Shown in pieces: positions 22,075 to 36,613 of a stretch of 64,000 bases of DNA. This DNA is from Desulfosoma sp. (GTDB lineage: Bacteria; Desulfobacterota; Syntrophobacteria; Syntrophobacterales; DSM-9756), in NCBI GenBank assembly GCA_037481835.1, contig JBBFKW010000010.1, positions 96,001-160,000 on the forward strand, written 5' to 3'. The translations under genes were made by a program, and so were the position numbers. The first letter of the stretch is position 1, and each line of letters begins with the position of its first letter. The notes below the pieces were generated by a model, which was given only the letters and a program-made list of their open reading frames with translations, ran no database searches and was not told where the DNA came from.

Positions 22075-24162
22075 CTAAGCCTTTTCGGCCTTTTCGGCCT
22101 TGGCGGCTTCGATGATCTTTTCCTGAAGCTGGGCCGGCACTTCTTCGTAATGGGAAAACTTCATAGTGAACATGCCGCGGCCGGCGGTCATGGAGCGCAG
22201 ATCCGGCGCGTATTTGAGCACTTCCGCAAGGGGAACCTGGGCGCGAACGATCTGTTTGTTGCCCTGGCTGTCCATCCCCAGGACCTTACCCCGCCGGGAA
22301 TTGAGATCCCCGATGACGTCGCCCAGGCAGTCGTCCGGGATGATCACTTCCAGATGGACGATGGGTTCCAACAAGGTGGGCTTGGCCTCCGCCACGGCTT
22401 TCTTGAAGGCCATGGAACCGGCGATCTTGAAAGCCATTTCCGAGGAGTCCACGGCGTGGTAGGAGCCATCCACCAAGTCGACCTTAAAGTCGATCACCGG
22501 ATAGCCGGCCACCACCCCTTCCTGAGCGGCCTCCACAATGCCTTTTTCCACCGCGGGGATGTACTGCCTGGGAATGACACCGCCCACGATCTTGTCCACG
22601 AACTGGAAGCCTTCCCCCCGGGGCAGGGGTTCCATCTCGATCCAGCAGTCCCCGTACTGGCCCCGCCCTCCCGTCTGCTTCTTGTACTTGCCCTGGACCC
22701 GTGCCTTGCCCTTGATGGTTTCCTTGTAGGGCACTTTGGGCAGGCGCAGGTTCACTTCCACACCGAACTTGCGTTTCAGCTTGTCGATGGTCGCCTCGAT
22801 GTGGATTTCGCCCATGCCCGAGAGGATCATTTCCTTGGTCTCGTCGTTGCGTTCCAGCTTGAGGGCCAGGTCCTCTTCCATGAGGCGGGCCAAGGAACTG
22901 AAAATCTTGTCCTCGTCGCCTTTGCTCTTGGGTTCGATGGCCAAGGAATAGACGGCGGCGGGCAGTTCGGGGAAGGGAAAGACGACGGCGTTCTTTTCGT
23001 CGCAGAGCGTGTCCCCGGTGGTGGTTTCCTTAAGCTTGGCCACGGCCACGATATCGCCGGGGCCCGCTTCCTGGAGGCTTTCCTGGGCCTTTCCTTTGAT
23101 GCGCAGCAGTTGCCCGTAGCGCTCCTTGGACTTCTTCGTGCTGTTGAACACGGTGGCATCGGGCTTCATGGTCCCTGAAAAGATGCGCACCACGGAAAGC
23201 CGGCCGGCATAAGGATCGCTGATGGTCTTGATCACCAGTCCCGAATAGGGCGCGGCCGGGTCGGGTTCCCTTTCCACGGAATTTTGCCCATCCAAGGACG
23301 TCCCCTTCTTGGGACCGCGATCCAGAGGCGACGGGAAGCACTCGACGATGATGTCCAAGACTTGGGCCACGCCCACGTTGGCCGTGCCGGAACCGCACGT
23401 GATGGGGATGAGGCGCCCGGCGATCACGGCACTGCGCAAGCCTCCCGTTATCTCGTCCTGGGTGAGCTCCTGGCCTTCCAGGTATTTTTCCAAGAGCGCA
23501 TCGTTGGCTTCGCACACATTTTCCACAAGCATTTCTTTATATTGAGCCGCCAGGTCCAGCACTTCCGCGGGCGCGTCCTTCACGTCGAATTTGCCCGTTT
23601 CTCCATGGGTGTAGAAAAAGGCCTTGCCCGTGAGGACATCGACGACACCTTGAAAATTCTCGGCACTGCCGATGGGTACCGTCAAGGGCACGCACCGGGT
23701 TCCCAGCTGGTGGCGGATGTTGTCCACGGTCTTCACGAAGTCGGCCCGTTCGCGGTCCATCTTGCTGATGAAAACCATGCGCGCCAGGCCCAATTCCTCG
23801 GCGAATTCCCACACCTTTTCCGTCTGCACCTTGACGCCGTCGATGGCATCCACGACAACCAGTGCCGCATCCGCCCCCTGGAGCGAACTCTTGGTTTCGG
23901 CGATGAAATTGAAATCGCCCGGCGTGTCGATCACGGTGCAGGAATGCTTTTTCCAGGGGAAGGTGTTGAAGGCCGTGCTGATGGTGATCTTGCGGCTGAC
24001 TTCCTCGGGTTCGAAATCCATGACGGACGTGCTTTCGTCCACCTTGCCCAGGCGCGTCGTCGCGCCGGCGGTAAAGAGCATGGCCTCCGCCAAAGACGTC
24101 TTTCCCGCGCCTCCGTGGGAAATGATGGCAAACGTTCGGACCTTGCCTACCGATTCACTCAT
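22075..24162 (-). CDS. fusA: Elongation factor G paralogue (EF-G2 type)
   Basis: Full EF-G domain set (KKQTGGRGQYG, DGSYHAVDSSEMAF); divergent G motifs SHGGAGKT, RKITI, DTPGD; not in the str operon. Confidence 0.92.
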   Translation of the reverse strand: MSESVGKVRTFAIISHGGAGKTSLAEAMLFTAGATTRLGKVDESTSVMDFEPEEVSRKITISTAFNTFPWKKHSCTVIDTPGDFNFIAETKSSLQGADAALVVVDAIDGVKVQTEKVWEFAEELGLARMVFISKMDRERADFVKTVDNIRHQLGTRCVPLTVPIGSAENFQGVVDVLTGKAFFYTHGETGKFDVKDAPAEVLDLAAQYKEMLVENVCEANDALLEKYLEGQELTQDEITGGLRSAVIAGRLIPITCGSGTANVGVAQVLDIIVECFPSPLDRGPKKGTSLDGQNSVEREPDPAAPYSGLVIKTISDPYAGRLSVVRIFSGTMKPDATVFNSTKKSKERYGQLLRIKGKAQESLQEAGPGDIVAVAKLKETTTGDTLCDEKNAVVFPFPELPAAVYSLAIEPKSKGDEDKIFSSLARLMEEDLALKLERNDETKEMILSGMGEIHIEATIDKLKRKFGVEVNLRLPKVPYKETIKGKARVQGKYKKQTGGRGQYGDCWIEMEPLPRGEGFQFVDKIVGGVIPRQYIPAVEKGIVEAAQEGVVAGYPVIDFKVDLVDGSYHAVDSSEMAFKIAGSMAFKKAVAEAKPTLLEPIVHLEVIIPDDCLGDVIGDLNSRRGKVLGMDSQGNKQIVRAQVPLAEVLKYAPDLRSMTAGRGMFTMKFSHYEEVPAQLQEKIIEAAKAEKAEKA

Positions 24163-24507
24163 GCGTCGTTCCTTTCTGCGCCTGCGCCCCGTGCCCTACG
24201 GGGCAGATCCTTCGATCATCCCCGAAAACCGAAAAGACGGCGAAAAACCGATCTAATCCAATCCCTTACGGGGGCTTCGGAAAAAAGGATCGGTCCCGCC
24301 GCGGACTTTACGAGGAAAAGCACAAGTGACGTTCTTAGATGAAGGGCACGAGAAAAGTCAAGAACAATCCCGACTTGGCTCGTATGGGAAGCGTCCTGGA
24401 ATTTTCTCTATCGCCGCAAGAAAAGACTTCCTCTCGGAGCGCTTTTCTGATTTTTTATAGCTTTTCAAAACGCCGTCACGTTCGGGAGAAAAGGTCGGAG
24501 ATTTTCC

Positions 24508-25491
24508 ATGCCCAAAGAGGCTTCATCGCTGCTCCATCAGGTTTTTCAGGAGTTAGAGGGGCCCGCCGTGGATGCCCTCAAGGACTTCCTCGATTTCCTC
24601 CGGTCCCAGCGGGCGTTGAGTCCGGCTACGGTCAGGAGTTACGGGGCCGACCTGGCCCAGTGGTTTCTTTTCCTGAAGGATCTCCTGGGCCGATCGCGCC
24701 TGGAAATGGACGACCTCTCGGAAACCTCCCTGCGCCGTTTCGTCTTCCACAGGCATCCGCGCCTGGCCAAGAGCAGCCAGGCGCGCGCCTTGGCGACCTA
24801 TCGATCCTTTTTCCGGTTCCTTATGGAAAGGCACGGCCTGGAGCGGAATCCGGCCCGATCTTTGCGGTCCCCCAAGGCGAGCGTCACGGTGCCCGCCTTT
24901 TTGGACGTGGATGATATGACGGCCTTCCTGGACGCCCTGCAAAGAAACGCCCAAGGCCCATCGGCCCCGTGGATCGCCGTGCGCGACTGGGCTCTTTTCG
25001 AAACCCTTTATTCCACGGGGCTGCGGGTCGGAGAATTGGTTCGGCTGAATCACGGGCATATCGACATGCACGAGGGCATGGTGCGCACCGTGGGCAAAGG
25101 CGCCAAGGAACGAATCGTTCCCATCGGATCCAAGGCCCTGGACGCGATCCGCTCCTACCTTGCCGCCTTCAGGAACCAATGGCAGGGCCCCTACGACCAG
25201 GACGCCCTGTTCTTGAACGCCCGGGGTGGGCGCCTGTCCGATCGCTCCGTGCGGCGCCTCCTGACGGAAAGGCTTCGGGATGCGGGGCAATGGCGGCCGC
25301 TCAGCCCCCACGGCATCCGCCACAGTTTCGCCACACACCTTCTGGGTTCGGGAGCCGATCTTCGAAGCATCCAGGAAATGCTGGGCCACGCCGGCCTTTC
25401 CACAACCCAGCGATACACAAAGGTCGATTTGGACCGGCTCATGAGCGTCTATGACGCCGCCCATCCCAGAAGCCGAAAAGAAAGCCCCTAA
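24508..25491 (+). CDS. xerC: Tyrosine recombinase XerC
   Basis: [32 protein letters not shown]...TTQRYT; upstream of hslVU. Confidence 0.9.
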   Translation: MPKEASSLLHQVFQELEGPAVDALKDFLDFLRSQRALSPATVRSYGADLAQWFLFLKDLLGRSRLEMDDLSETSLRRFVFHRHPRLAKSSQARALATYRSFFRFLMERHGLERNPARSLRSPKASVTVPAFLDVDDMTAFLDALQRNAQGPSAPWIAVRDWALFETLYSTGLRVGELVRLNHGHIDMHEGMVRTVGKGAKERIVPIGSKALDAIRSYLAAFRNQWQGPYDQDALFLNARGGRLSDRSVRRLLTERLRDAGQWRPLSPHGIRHSFATHLLGSGADLRSIQEMLGHAGLSTTQRYTKVDLDRLMSVYDAAHPRSRKESP

Positions 25492-25508
25492 CTCCCTGTC
25501 GAGAAAGG

Positions 25509-26078
25509 ATGCTCATGCCTTCCGCGCACTTTCCAAAGAGCCGATCCGCCGTCATTCACGGCACCACGATTTTGGCCATCCACAGAGAGCACCAGGTGGT
25601 CATGGCCGGAGACGGCCAGGTGACCTTCGGCGATACGGTGATGAAACAGCAGGCCCGTAAAGTCCGCAAGATGTACCACGATAGGATTCTCGCCGGTTTT
25701 GCCGGTGCCACCGCGGACGCCTTCACCCTGTTCGAAAGGCTGGAGGCGAAGCTGGAACAGTACAGCGGCAATTTGAAAAGAGCCGCCGTGGAACTGGCCA
25801 AGGACTGGCGCATGGATCGGGCCTTAAGGCGCCTGGAAGCCTTGCTCATCGCCGCGGACCGCAGCCAATGCTTGATCCTGAGCGGCACCGGGGATGTCAT
25901 CGAACCGGACGACGGCCTGGCCGCCGTGGGCTCGGGAGGGCCTTACGCCTTGGCCGCCGCCCGGGCCCTGCTCGCCCACACGGGCCTGCCGCTGCGCGCG
26001 GTGGCCGAAGAGGCCATGAAAATCGCCGCCCAACTGTGCATCTATACCAACGAGGCTTTCACCATCGAGGAGCTGTGA
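25509..26078 (+). CDS. hslV: ATP-dependent protease subunit HslV
   Basis: [26 protein letters not shown]. Confidence 0.97.
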   Translation: MLMPSAHFPKSRSAVIHGTTILAIHREHQVVMAGDGQVTFGDTVMKQQARKVRKMYHDRILAGFAGATADAFTLFERLEAKLEQYSGNLKRAAVELAKDWRMDRALRRLEALLIAADRSQCLILSGTGDVIEPDDGLAAVGSGGPYALAAARALLAHTGLPLRAVAEEAMKIAAQLCIYTNEAFTIEEL

Positions 26079-26082
26079 CGCC

Positions 26083-29592
<3,510 letters not shown>

Positions 29593-29596
<4 letters not shown>

Positions 29597-30507
29597 AGAG
29601 AGACTTCCTCACCCTGTGGGATGTGAGCGCCGAAGAGATTCATACTCTTATCGAAAATGGCATTCGTCTCAAAAAGGACTGGGCCGCCGGGCGCCTTAAA
29701 CCCGTGCTGCAGCAAAAGACCCTGGGTCTCCTCTTTACCAAGCCGTCCACGAGAACTCGGGTGTCTTTCGAAGGGGCCATGCATCGGCTGGGAGGAAGCT
29801 GTACCTTCCTGAGCGTCCAGGACACGCAGCTGTCTCGAGCGGAACCCCTTTCGGATACGGCCCGGGTGCTCTCACGCTATCTCGACGCCCTGGTCGTGAG
29901 AACCTACGATCACAGCGATGTCGTGACCTTGGCCCGTTACGCCACCATCCCCGTCATCAACGGCTTGACGGACCTCTATCACCCATGCCAGGTGCTGAGT
30001 GACCTCATGACCGTGAAGGAAAAGAAAAACCGCCTTGAAAGCCAGGTGGTGGCCTGGATCGGAGACGGCAACAACATGGCGCATTCCTGGATCAACGCGT
30101 CGGCGCGGCTGGGCTTTCGCCTGAACATTTCGTGCCCGGAAGGCTATTGGCCGTCGGCACACATCCTGGAACGCGCCCGCCGGGAAGGGATCGCCGATAT
30201 CGGGCTCTACGAGGACCCGGCCGAAGCGGTCAAAGACGCCACCGTGATCAACACGGACGTCTGGGCCAGCATGGGACAGGAACATGAAGCGGAAAAGCGC
30301 CGAAGCGTCTTTCGACCGTTCCAGGTGAACGCCGAGCTGCTCGCCAAGGCCCCGACGGACGCCATCGTAATGCATTGCCTGCCGGCGCACCGAGGTGAAG
30401 AAATCACGGAGGAGGTCCTGGAAGGGCCGCGCTCCGTCGTTTTCGACCAGGCGGAAAACCGCCTGCACGCCCAGGCCGCCTTGCTCCATTGGCTCTTGGT
30501 TCCGTAG
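29593..30507 (+). CDS. argF: Ornithine carbamoyltransferase
   Basis: STRTR, HPCQ, SMG, HCLP motifs. Confidence 0.97.
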
Positions 30508-30633
30508 TATCTCTTGTCAAAATGCGGGGGCTTCCGTTATGTAGGACCTTTCTGAACGATTTTTCCAAAGCGCCTTGGGCAGAAAACGCGACCGCACAGC
30601 CGCCCCGGCGCCAGTAAGGAGAGACGAGCGATC

Positions 30634-31842
30634 ATGGGCACAAGAAAAGTGGTTTTGGCCTATTCCGGGGGATTGGACACATCCATCATTCTCAAGTGGC
30701 TCATCGAAACCTACGGCTGCGACGTGGTGGCTTTCGCCGCCGACCTGGGCCAGGGCGACGATCTCCACGCCATCGAACAGAAGGCCCTCAACACCGGAGC
30801 CGTCAAAGCCCGCGTGGAAGACCTTCGGGAAGAATTCGTCCGGGATTTCGTCTTTCCCGCGTTCCGGGCCAATGTCATCTACGAAGGCCAGTACCTCCTG
30901 GGGACCGCCATCGCCAGGCCGCTCATTGCCAAACGGCAGGTGGAAATCGCCCGAGAAGAAGGGGCTGATGCGGTCAGCCACGGGGCGACGGGCAAAGGCA
31001 ACGACCAGGTGCGCTTTGAACTCACCTACACCGCCTTGGCTCCAGACCTCAAGGTCATCGCTCCGTGGCGAGAGTGGAACCTCAAATCCCGCCAAGCCCT
31101 CTTGGAATTCGCCCGAAAGCACGGCATCCCCGTGCCGGTGACTCCGGAGAAGCCCTACAGCTGCGACGCCAATCTGCTCCACATCAGTTACGAGGGAGGG
31201 ATCCTGGAAGATCCGTGGCGGGAACCGGACCCGTCCATGTTCACGCTCACGGTGGACCCTCGGGAAGCTCCCGATGAGCCCGAAGTCCTGGAGCTGGATT
31301 TTGTTCGAGGCGATCCCGTGGCGATCAACGGCGAGCCCATGACACCGGCCGCGCTGCTTAATACCCTCAACCGCATCGGCGGTCGCCACGGGGTGGGGCG
31401 GGCCGACGTCGTGGAAAGCCGGTTTGTGGGAATGAAATCGCGAGGAGTCTACGAAACGCCGGGGGGCACCATTTTGAGGATCGCCCACAGGGCGATGGAA
31501 TCCATCACCATGGACCGGGAAGTCATGTTCCTGCGCGACTCCCTTATCCCTCAGTACGCCAAGCTCATCTACAACGGGTTCTGGTACGCCCCGGAACGAC
31601 TCGCCCTCCAAAGCCTCATCGACACATCCCAAGAAAACGTCTCCGGAACCGTGCGCCTGAAACTCTACAAGGGCAGCTGCACGGTCATCGGCAGGAAATC
31701 GGACCGGTCCCTTTACGATCCCCAACTGGCCACCTTTGAAGAAGAAGATGTGTACCGTCAAAGCGACGCCACGGGCTTCATCCGGCTCCAAGGGCTTCGC
31801 CTGCGCGTCCAAAACCTGGTGAGAAGCCGCACACAAGGATGA
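30634..31842 (+). CDS. argG: Argininosuccinate synthase
   Basis: [32 protein letters not shown]. Confidence 0.98.
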   Translation: MGTRKVVLAYSGGLDTSIILKWLIETYGCDVVAFAADLGQGDDLHAIEQKALNTGAVKARVEDLREEFVRDFVFPAFRANVIYEGQYLLGTAIARPLIAKRQVEIAREEGADAVSHGATGKGNDQVRFELTYTALAPDLKVIAPWREWNLKSRQALLEFARKHGIPVPVTPEKPYSCDANLLHISYEGGILEDPWREPDPSMFTLTVDPREAPDEPEVLELDFVRGDPVAINGEPMTPAALLNTLNRIGGRHGVGRADVVESRFVGMKSRGVYETPGGTILRIAHRAMESITMDREVMFLRDSLIPQYAKLIYNGFWYAPERLALQSLIDTSQENVSGTVRLKLYKGSCTVIGRKSDRSLYDPQLATFEEEDVYRQSDATGFIRLQGLRLRVQNLVRSRTQG

Positions 31843-31846
31843 AGGC

Positions 31847-33265
31847 ATGTCTGAGAAGATGTGGCAAGGCCGATTCGAACAGCCCACCGACAGCTTGGTG
31901 GAAGACTACACGGGATCCATCCACGTCGACCGGCGCCTTTACCGGTACGACATTCAGGGAAGCATCGCCCATTGCCGCATGCTGGGCGAATGCGGCATCA
32001 TCCCCCATGAAGAAGCCGCTCAGATTATCCAGGGGCTGGGGGAAGTCCTGCGCGAAATCGAACGGGGCGAACTGCCCCTGGACGCCGCCCAGGAAGACAT
32101 TCACATGGCCGTGGAACAGCGGCTCATGCAAAAGATCGGCGAGGTGGGAGGCAAGCTCCACACCGCCCGCAGCCGTAACGATCAGGTCGCTCTGGACACC
32201 CGGCTTTATCTTCGGGATGTGCTCTTGGATTGCCGCCGGCTCCTCCTTCAAACCGTCGGCACCCTGACCGATTTGGCCGAAAAGCACCTTCATGTCATCA
32301 TGCCCGGCTACACCCACCTCCAACACGCCCAGCCCGTCCTGCTCGCGCACCACCTCATGGCCTATGCCGAAATGTTCCTGCGGGACGAAGAGCGCATGGC
32401 CCAGTGCTATCACCGCACCAACGTGCTTCCCTTGGGCAGCGCCGCCCTGGCCGGGACCACCTTCCCCATCGATATGGAGATGACGGCGCGCGCTTTGGGG
32501 TTTCCTCGAGTAACCCGCAATAGCATGGACGCGGTGAGCGACCGGGACTATTTGATCGAATTCTGCGCCGCCTCGGCTTTGCTCATGATGCACGTCAGCC
32601 GACTGGCCGAAGAGCTGATCCTGTGGTCGACGACGGAATTCGCCTTTGTGGACATCAGCGATGCCTTCTGCACGGGGTCAAGCATCATGCCGCAAAAGAA
32701 GAACCCGGACGTCCCCGAACTCATGCGCGGCAAGACCGGCCGAGTCTACGGCAACCTCATGGCTTTGCTCACCCTGGTCAAGGGACTCCCTCTGACCTAC
32801 AACCGGGATCTGCAGGAAGACAAGGAACCGGTCTTCGACACCGCCGACACGGTGCGCCAGACCCTTGCCGTGCTCAACAAGATGCTTCCCGAACTGCGGT
32901 TCCGCGAAGATCGCATGGAAGCCTGCGCCGCCCAAGGCTATGCGCTCGCCACCGAGATCGCGGATTACCTCGTGCGCAAAGGGGTGCCGTTCCGCAAAGC
33001 CCACCACGTGGTGGGCCAGTTGGTGCAGTACTGCGAAAAGGCGGGAAAGGATTTCACGGACTGCACACCGGAGGAACTGAAGAAATTCCACAAGGCTTTG
33101 GACACGGATCTCTTTGCGGCCCTGACGCTCCAAAGCGCCGTCGACAGGCGCACTTCCCTCGGGGGGACCAGTTCCCAAAGGGTCCGGGAAGCCATCGGCG
33201 CGGTGCGCGACGAAAGGGTGCGGCGGCTTGAAACCGTGGATGCCGATGCTCCCCGGGTTTCCTGA
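31847..33265 (+). CDS. argH: Argininosuccinate lyase
   Basis: HTARSRNDQ, GSSIMPQKKNPD, YNRDLQEDKE. Confidence 0.98.
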   Translation: MSEKMWQGRFEQPTDSLVEDYTGSIHVDRRLYRYDIQGSIAHCRMLGECGIIPHEEAAQIIQGLGEVLREIERGELPLDAAQEDIHMAVEQRLMQKIGEVGGKLHTARSRNDQVALDTRLYLRDVLLDCRRLLLQTVGTLTDLAEKHLHVIMPGYTHLQHAQPVLLAHHLMAYAEMFLRDEERMAQCYHRTNVLPLGSAALAGTTFPIDMEMTARALGFPRVTRNSMDAVSDRDYLIEFCAASALLMMHVSRLAEELILWSTTEFAFVDISDAFCTGSSIMPQKKNPDVPELMRGKTGRVYGNLMALLTLVKGLPLTYNRDLQEDKEPVFDTADTVRQTLAVLNKMLPELRFREDRMEACAAQGYALATEIADYLVRKGVPFRKAHHVVGQLVQYCEKAGKDFTDCTPEELKKFHKALDTDLFAALTLQSAVDRRTSLGGTSSQRVREAIGAVRDERVRRLETVDADAPRVS

Positions 33266-33323
33266 ACATGCCGCCTCAGGCCTTTTCCATATGCCCCGGG
33301 CGACAATGATAAAGGATGGGACG

Positions 33324-34412
33324 ATGCGCGCGTGTGGTTTCAGGATCGGCAAGTCGGGAAAGAGATGGCTCTTTCGCACCCCTCTCATGGTCGCCCTGGT
33401 GCTTGCGGCCGGCTCTTGCGGCAAGAAAATGCCGCCCCGGCCCATAGGGCCCGAAGGCCCTCCCCAGGTCACGGGGATCCGAGCGGAAGTCATCGACGGG
33501 CATGTGCGGCTCTTATGGCCCATCCCGGACATTTTCCATCAGAAGAAACACCCCGGAGACTTGGTGTTCGTCATCAACCGGGAACAGACGGATCTGGAAA
33601 GAGCCCAATGCGGCGAGTGCCCTCCAGAAGCCATGCAGACCCTGCTGCGCCTCGATCCCGACAGCCATGGGCCATGGACGGTCAGCCATAACACCGTCCA
33701 ATGGACCGATACCTCCACGCAGCCCGATGGGGTCTACCGGTACTGGATCGGCATCATGGACAAGCGGGAGAGGGTCCTGTCCCTGTCTGCGCCCGTCCGC
33801 GTCCACGTCGCCCCCGCTCCCAAGGCGCTCAAACAAGTGGAAACCCATGCGGACCAGCGCGGCCTTCTCGTGCGATGGGACCCCCCCAGCTCCCCGGCCA
33901 AGACACCGGACCTTCAAATGTCCTTTCTCATCGAAAGGCGTCAGAAGGGTCTGGACTGGGAACCCCTGAATCCGGAATTCTTTCAGGGAAACAGCTACTT
34001 GGACACTGCCGTCCAGCCGCAATACCACTACCAGTACCGAGTGCGCCCGGTGCGGCGCGTCTTGGACGCCGACGTCGTGGGTCCCTGGACGGAAGGCGCC
34101 TTCACCAAGGCGCCCGAAAAGGTCCCTCCACCGCCGCCCAAGACCGTCTGGGCCGTCCCGTCGGGGGATAAGATGGAAGTCCATTGGACCGAATCTCCCC
34201 TGCCCGTCTCGGGCTACCATGTGTATCGCCGGGATGGAAAAACCATTATGCGGCTGACCTCGGAGCCTTTGAAGAACCCTCCGTACGTGGACAGCAAAGT
34301 GGAACCGAACAAGGTCTACGCCTACGCGGTTTCTTCGGTGAGTCCCGATGCGCCGTACAAGGAAGGGCTTCTTTCCAAGTGGGTGGAAGTGCGACACGTT
34401 CGTTTCAAATAG
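33324..34412 (+). CDS. Lipoprotein with fibronectin type III-like repeats
   Basis: Lipobox AGSC followed by GKKMPP; repeated W...Y-x-D...Y-x-Y FN3 patterns; start uncertain. Confidence 0.75.
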   Translation: MRACGFRIGKSGKRWLFRTPLMVALVLAAGSCGKKMPPRPIGPEGPPQVTGIRAEVIDGHVRLLWPIPDIFHQKKHPGDLVFVINREQTDLERAQCGECPPEAMQTLLRLDPDSHGPWTVSHNTVQWTDTSTQPDGVYRYWIGIMDKRERVLSLSAPVRVHVAPAPKALKQVETHADQRGLLVRWDPPSSPAKTPDLQMSFLIERRQKGLDWEPLNPEFFQGNSYLDTAVQPQYHYQYRVRPVRRVLDADVVGPWTEGAFTKAPEKVPPPPPKTVWAVPSGDKMEVHWTESPLPVSGYHVYRRDGKTIMRLTSEPLKNPPYVDSKVEPNKVYAYAVSSVSPDAPYKEGLLSKWVEVRHVRFK

Positions 34413-34454
34413 GTCTGGACCGGACTCTCGAAGCGGATCGTTCGAGGAGAGCTC

Positions 34455-35705
34455 ATGCATCATTTTCAATATGAAAACGGGCGGCTGTGCTGCGAGAAGG
34501 TGCCCATCGAAAGCCTCGTCCGGGATGTGGGAACTCCGGTGTACGTGTACAGCCGAGCGACCCTGACGCATCATTTTACGGTTTTCGACGGGGCCTTTTC
34601 CCACATTCCCCATCTCACGTGCTATTCCGTGAAGGCCAATTCCAACGTGGCCGTCTTGGCTCTTTTCGGGTCCCTGGGCGGCGGCGTGGACATCGTGTCG
34701 GGAGGCGAACTGTTTCGAGCGCGCCGGGCAGGCATCAAGCCCGAAAAGATCGTCTATTCGGGCGTGGGCAAGACGCGCGAGGAAATCGACTACGCCCTTT
34801 CGGAAGACATTCTCATGTTCAACATCGAGTCGCGCCAGGAACTGGAAGCCATCAGCCAAAGGGCCCAGGCTCTGGGACGCACGGCTCGAATCGCCCTTCG
34901 CGTCAATCCCGACGTGGATCCCAAAACCCACCCGTACATCACGACGGGCATGGAAAAGAACAAATTCGGCATCCGCGTCGACGAGGCTCTGGAAAGCTAT
35001 CGGCACGCCATGACCCTTCCGGGCGTGGACGTGGTCGGCATTGACTGCCACATCGGCAGCCAGCTCACCGAAACCGCCCCCTTCGTGGACGCCTTGAAAC
35101 GGCTCCGGGCCCTCATGGGGCGCCTCCACGAGCTGGGGCTGTCCATCCGGTACCTGGATCTCGGAGGCGGCTTGGGAATCACCTACGCGGACGAAGAACC
35201 GCCCCACCCCACCGAATACGCCGAAGCGATCCTCAAGGAGATGGAAGGGCTGCCCTGCACGCTCATTTTCGAACCGGGCCGTGTCATTGTGGGAAACGCG
35301 GGCATTTTGGTCACGCGCGTCTTGTACACCAAGAAAACGCCGACCAAGCACTTCGTCATCGTGGACGCCGGCATGAACGACCTCATCCGCCCCAGCCTCT
35401 ACGGCGCTTACCACCACATCCAGCCCGTGGTTCTTTCCGAGCGGGCGACGGAGACGGTGGACGTGGTCGGGCCCATCTGCGAAAGCGGCGATTTTCTCGC
35501 GCGAGAAAGGGCCATGCCGCAGGTCGCGCCGGGGGAGCTGCTGGCGGTGATGAGCGCCGGGGCCTACGGGTTCAGTATGGCCTCCAACTACAATTCCCGG
35601 CCGCGCCCCGCCGAAGTGCTCGTGGACGGCGAAACGTACCACGTCATTCGGCGCCGTGAGACCTGGGACGATTTGGTGCGATTGGAAAACGTTCCCCAGA
35701 TATGA
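34455..35705 (+). CDS. lysA: Diaminopimelate decarboxylase
   Basis: YSVKAN, HIGSQ, DLGGG, EPGR, CESGD, NYNSR. Confidence 0.97.
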   Translation: MHHFQYENGRLCCEKVPIESLVRDVGTPVYVYSRATLTHHFTVFDGAFSHIPHLTCYSVKANSNVAVLALFGSLGGGVDIVSGGELFRARRAGIKPEKIVYSGVGKTREEIDYALSEDILMFNIESRQELEAISQRAQALGRTARIALRVNPDVDPKTHPYITTGMEKNKFGIRVDEALESYRHAMTLPGVDVVGIDCHIGSQLTETAPFVDALKRLRALMGRLHELGLSIRYLDLGGGLGITYADEEPPHPTEYAEAILKEMEGLPCTLIFEPGRVIVGNAGILVTRVLYTKKTPTKHFVIVDAGMNDLIRPSLYGAYHHIQPVVLSERATETVDVVGPICESGDFLARERAMPQVAPGELLAVMSAGAYGFSMASNYNSRPRPAEVLVDGETYHVIRRRETWDDLVRLENVPQI

Positions 35706-35715
35706 GGCTGAACGG

Positions 35716-36576
35716 ATGGAGCGCATCCCCTTTTTCAAAATGACCGGCTCGGGAAACGATTTCATCGTCATTGACAACCGCTTGGGGATCGTGCCCTCCG
35801 ACGGCTGCCGGGACTTCGTCCGGGCGGCGTGTCGAAGGAAGCTTTCGGCCGGTGCCGACGGCGTCATTCTCATTGAAAACGACCCGGAATGCGACTTTGC
35901 CTGGAGATTTTTCAACGCCGACGGCAGCGAAGCGGAAATGTGCGGCAACGGAGCCCGGTGCGCCGCTCGATTCGCCCGCCTTCTCGGAGTCGCATCGAAC
36001 GACGCCATGACCTTCCGCACCCTTGCCGGAAAGATCCGCGCCGTCGTGGACGGGGTCCGTGTGCGGGTGCAGATGCCGGCACCGCACGGCTACGAACCCG
36101 ACATTGATGTGGACGCCGCCGAACAGTCCCTGCGCGTTCATTTCATCAACACGGGTGTCCCCCATGTGGTCGTCTTTGTGGATTCCCCTGAGACCTTGTC
36201 CCGGTTTGACGTCTTTTCCTTAGGAAGGGCTCTTCGGTATCACGCCCGGTTCGCCCCGGCGGGCACCAACGCCAATTTCGTCACCGTCCTCGACCCATCC
36301 CGGCTCAAGATCCGCACCTACGAACGCGGCGTGGAAGACGAAACGCTGGCCTGCGGCACGGGCTCCATCGCCGCCGCCCTCATCGCCGCCGCACGAGGAC
36401 TGGTCCAACCCCCCGTTCGTGTGGAAACCCAAAGCGGCGAGACGCTCGTCATTCATTTCCGGCACGATGGGAAAGGCTTTCACGATGTTTTTCTGGAGGG
36501 GGACGCCCGAGTGGTCTATGAAGGCGTCTTGTGGGACGAAACGCTCGGCGGGACGCCCGAAGACCGGAAGTCGTAG
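35716..36576 (+). CDS. dapF: Diaminopimelate epimerase
   Basis: GNDF, EMCGNG, ERGVEDETLACGTG. Confidence 0.97.
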   Translation: MERIPFFKMTGSGNDFIVIDNRLGIVPSDGCRDFVRAACRRKLSAGADGVILIENDPECDFAWRFFNADGSEAEMCGNGARCAARFARLLGVASNDAMTFRTLAGKIRAVVDGVRVRVQMPAPHGYEPDIDVDAAEQSLRVHFINTGVPHVVVFVDSPETLSRFDVFSLGRALRYHARFAPAGTNANFVTVLDPSRLKIRTYERGVEDETLACGTGSIAAALIAAARGLVQPPVRVETQSGETLVIHFRHDGKGFHDVFLEGDARVVYEGVLWDETLGGTPEDRKS

Positions 36577-36613
36577 GTTTTTTCTTCACCCATAGGAATC
36601 ACAGGAGGGACCC

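Noticed and set aside
24508..25491. Prophage or island integrase
   Set aside because: XerC motifs, core xerC-hslVU-argB synteny and no phage genes nearby
33513..36020. Long antisense ORFs (also 591-2051, 27914-29494, 42516-44249, 55615-57747)
   Set aside because: Shadow frames of well-supported genes in GC-rich DNA, with no recognisable motifs
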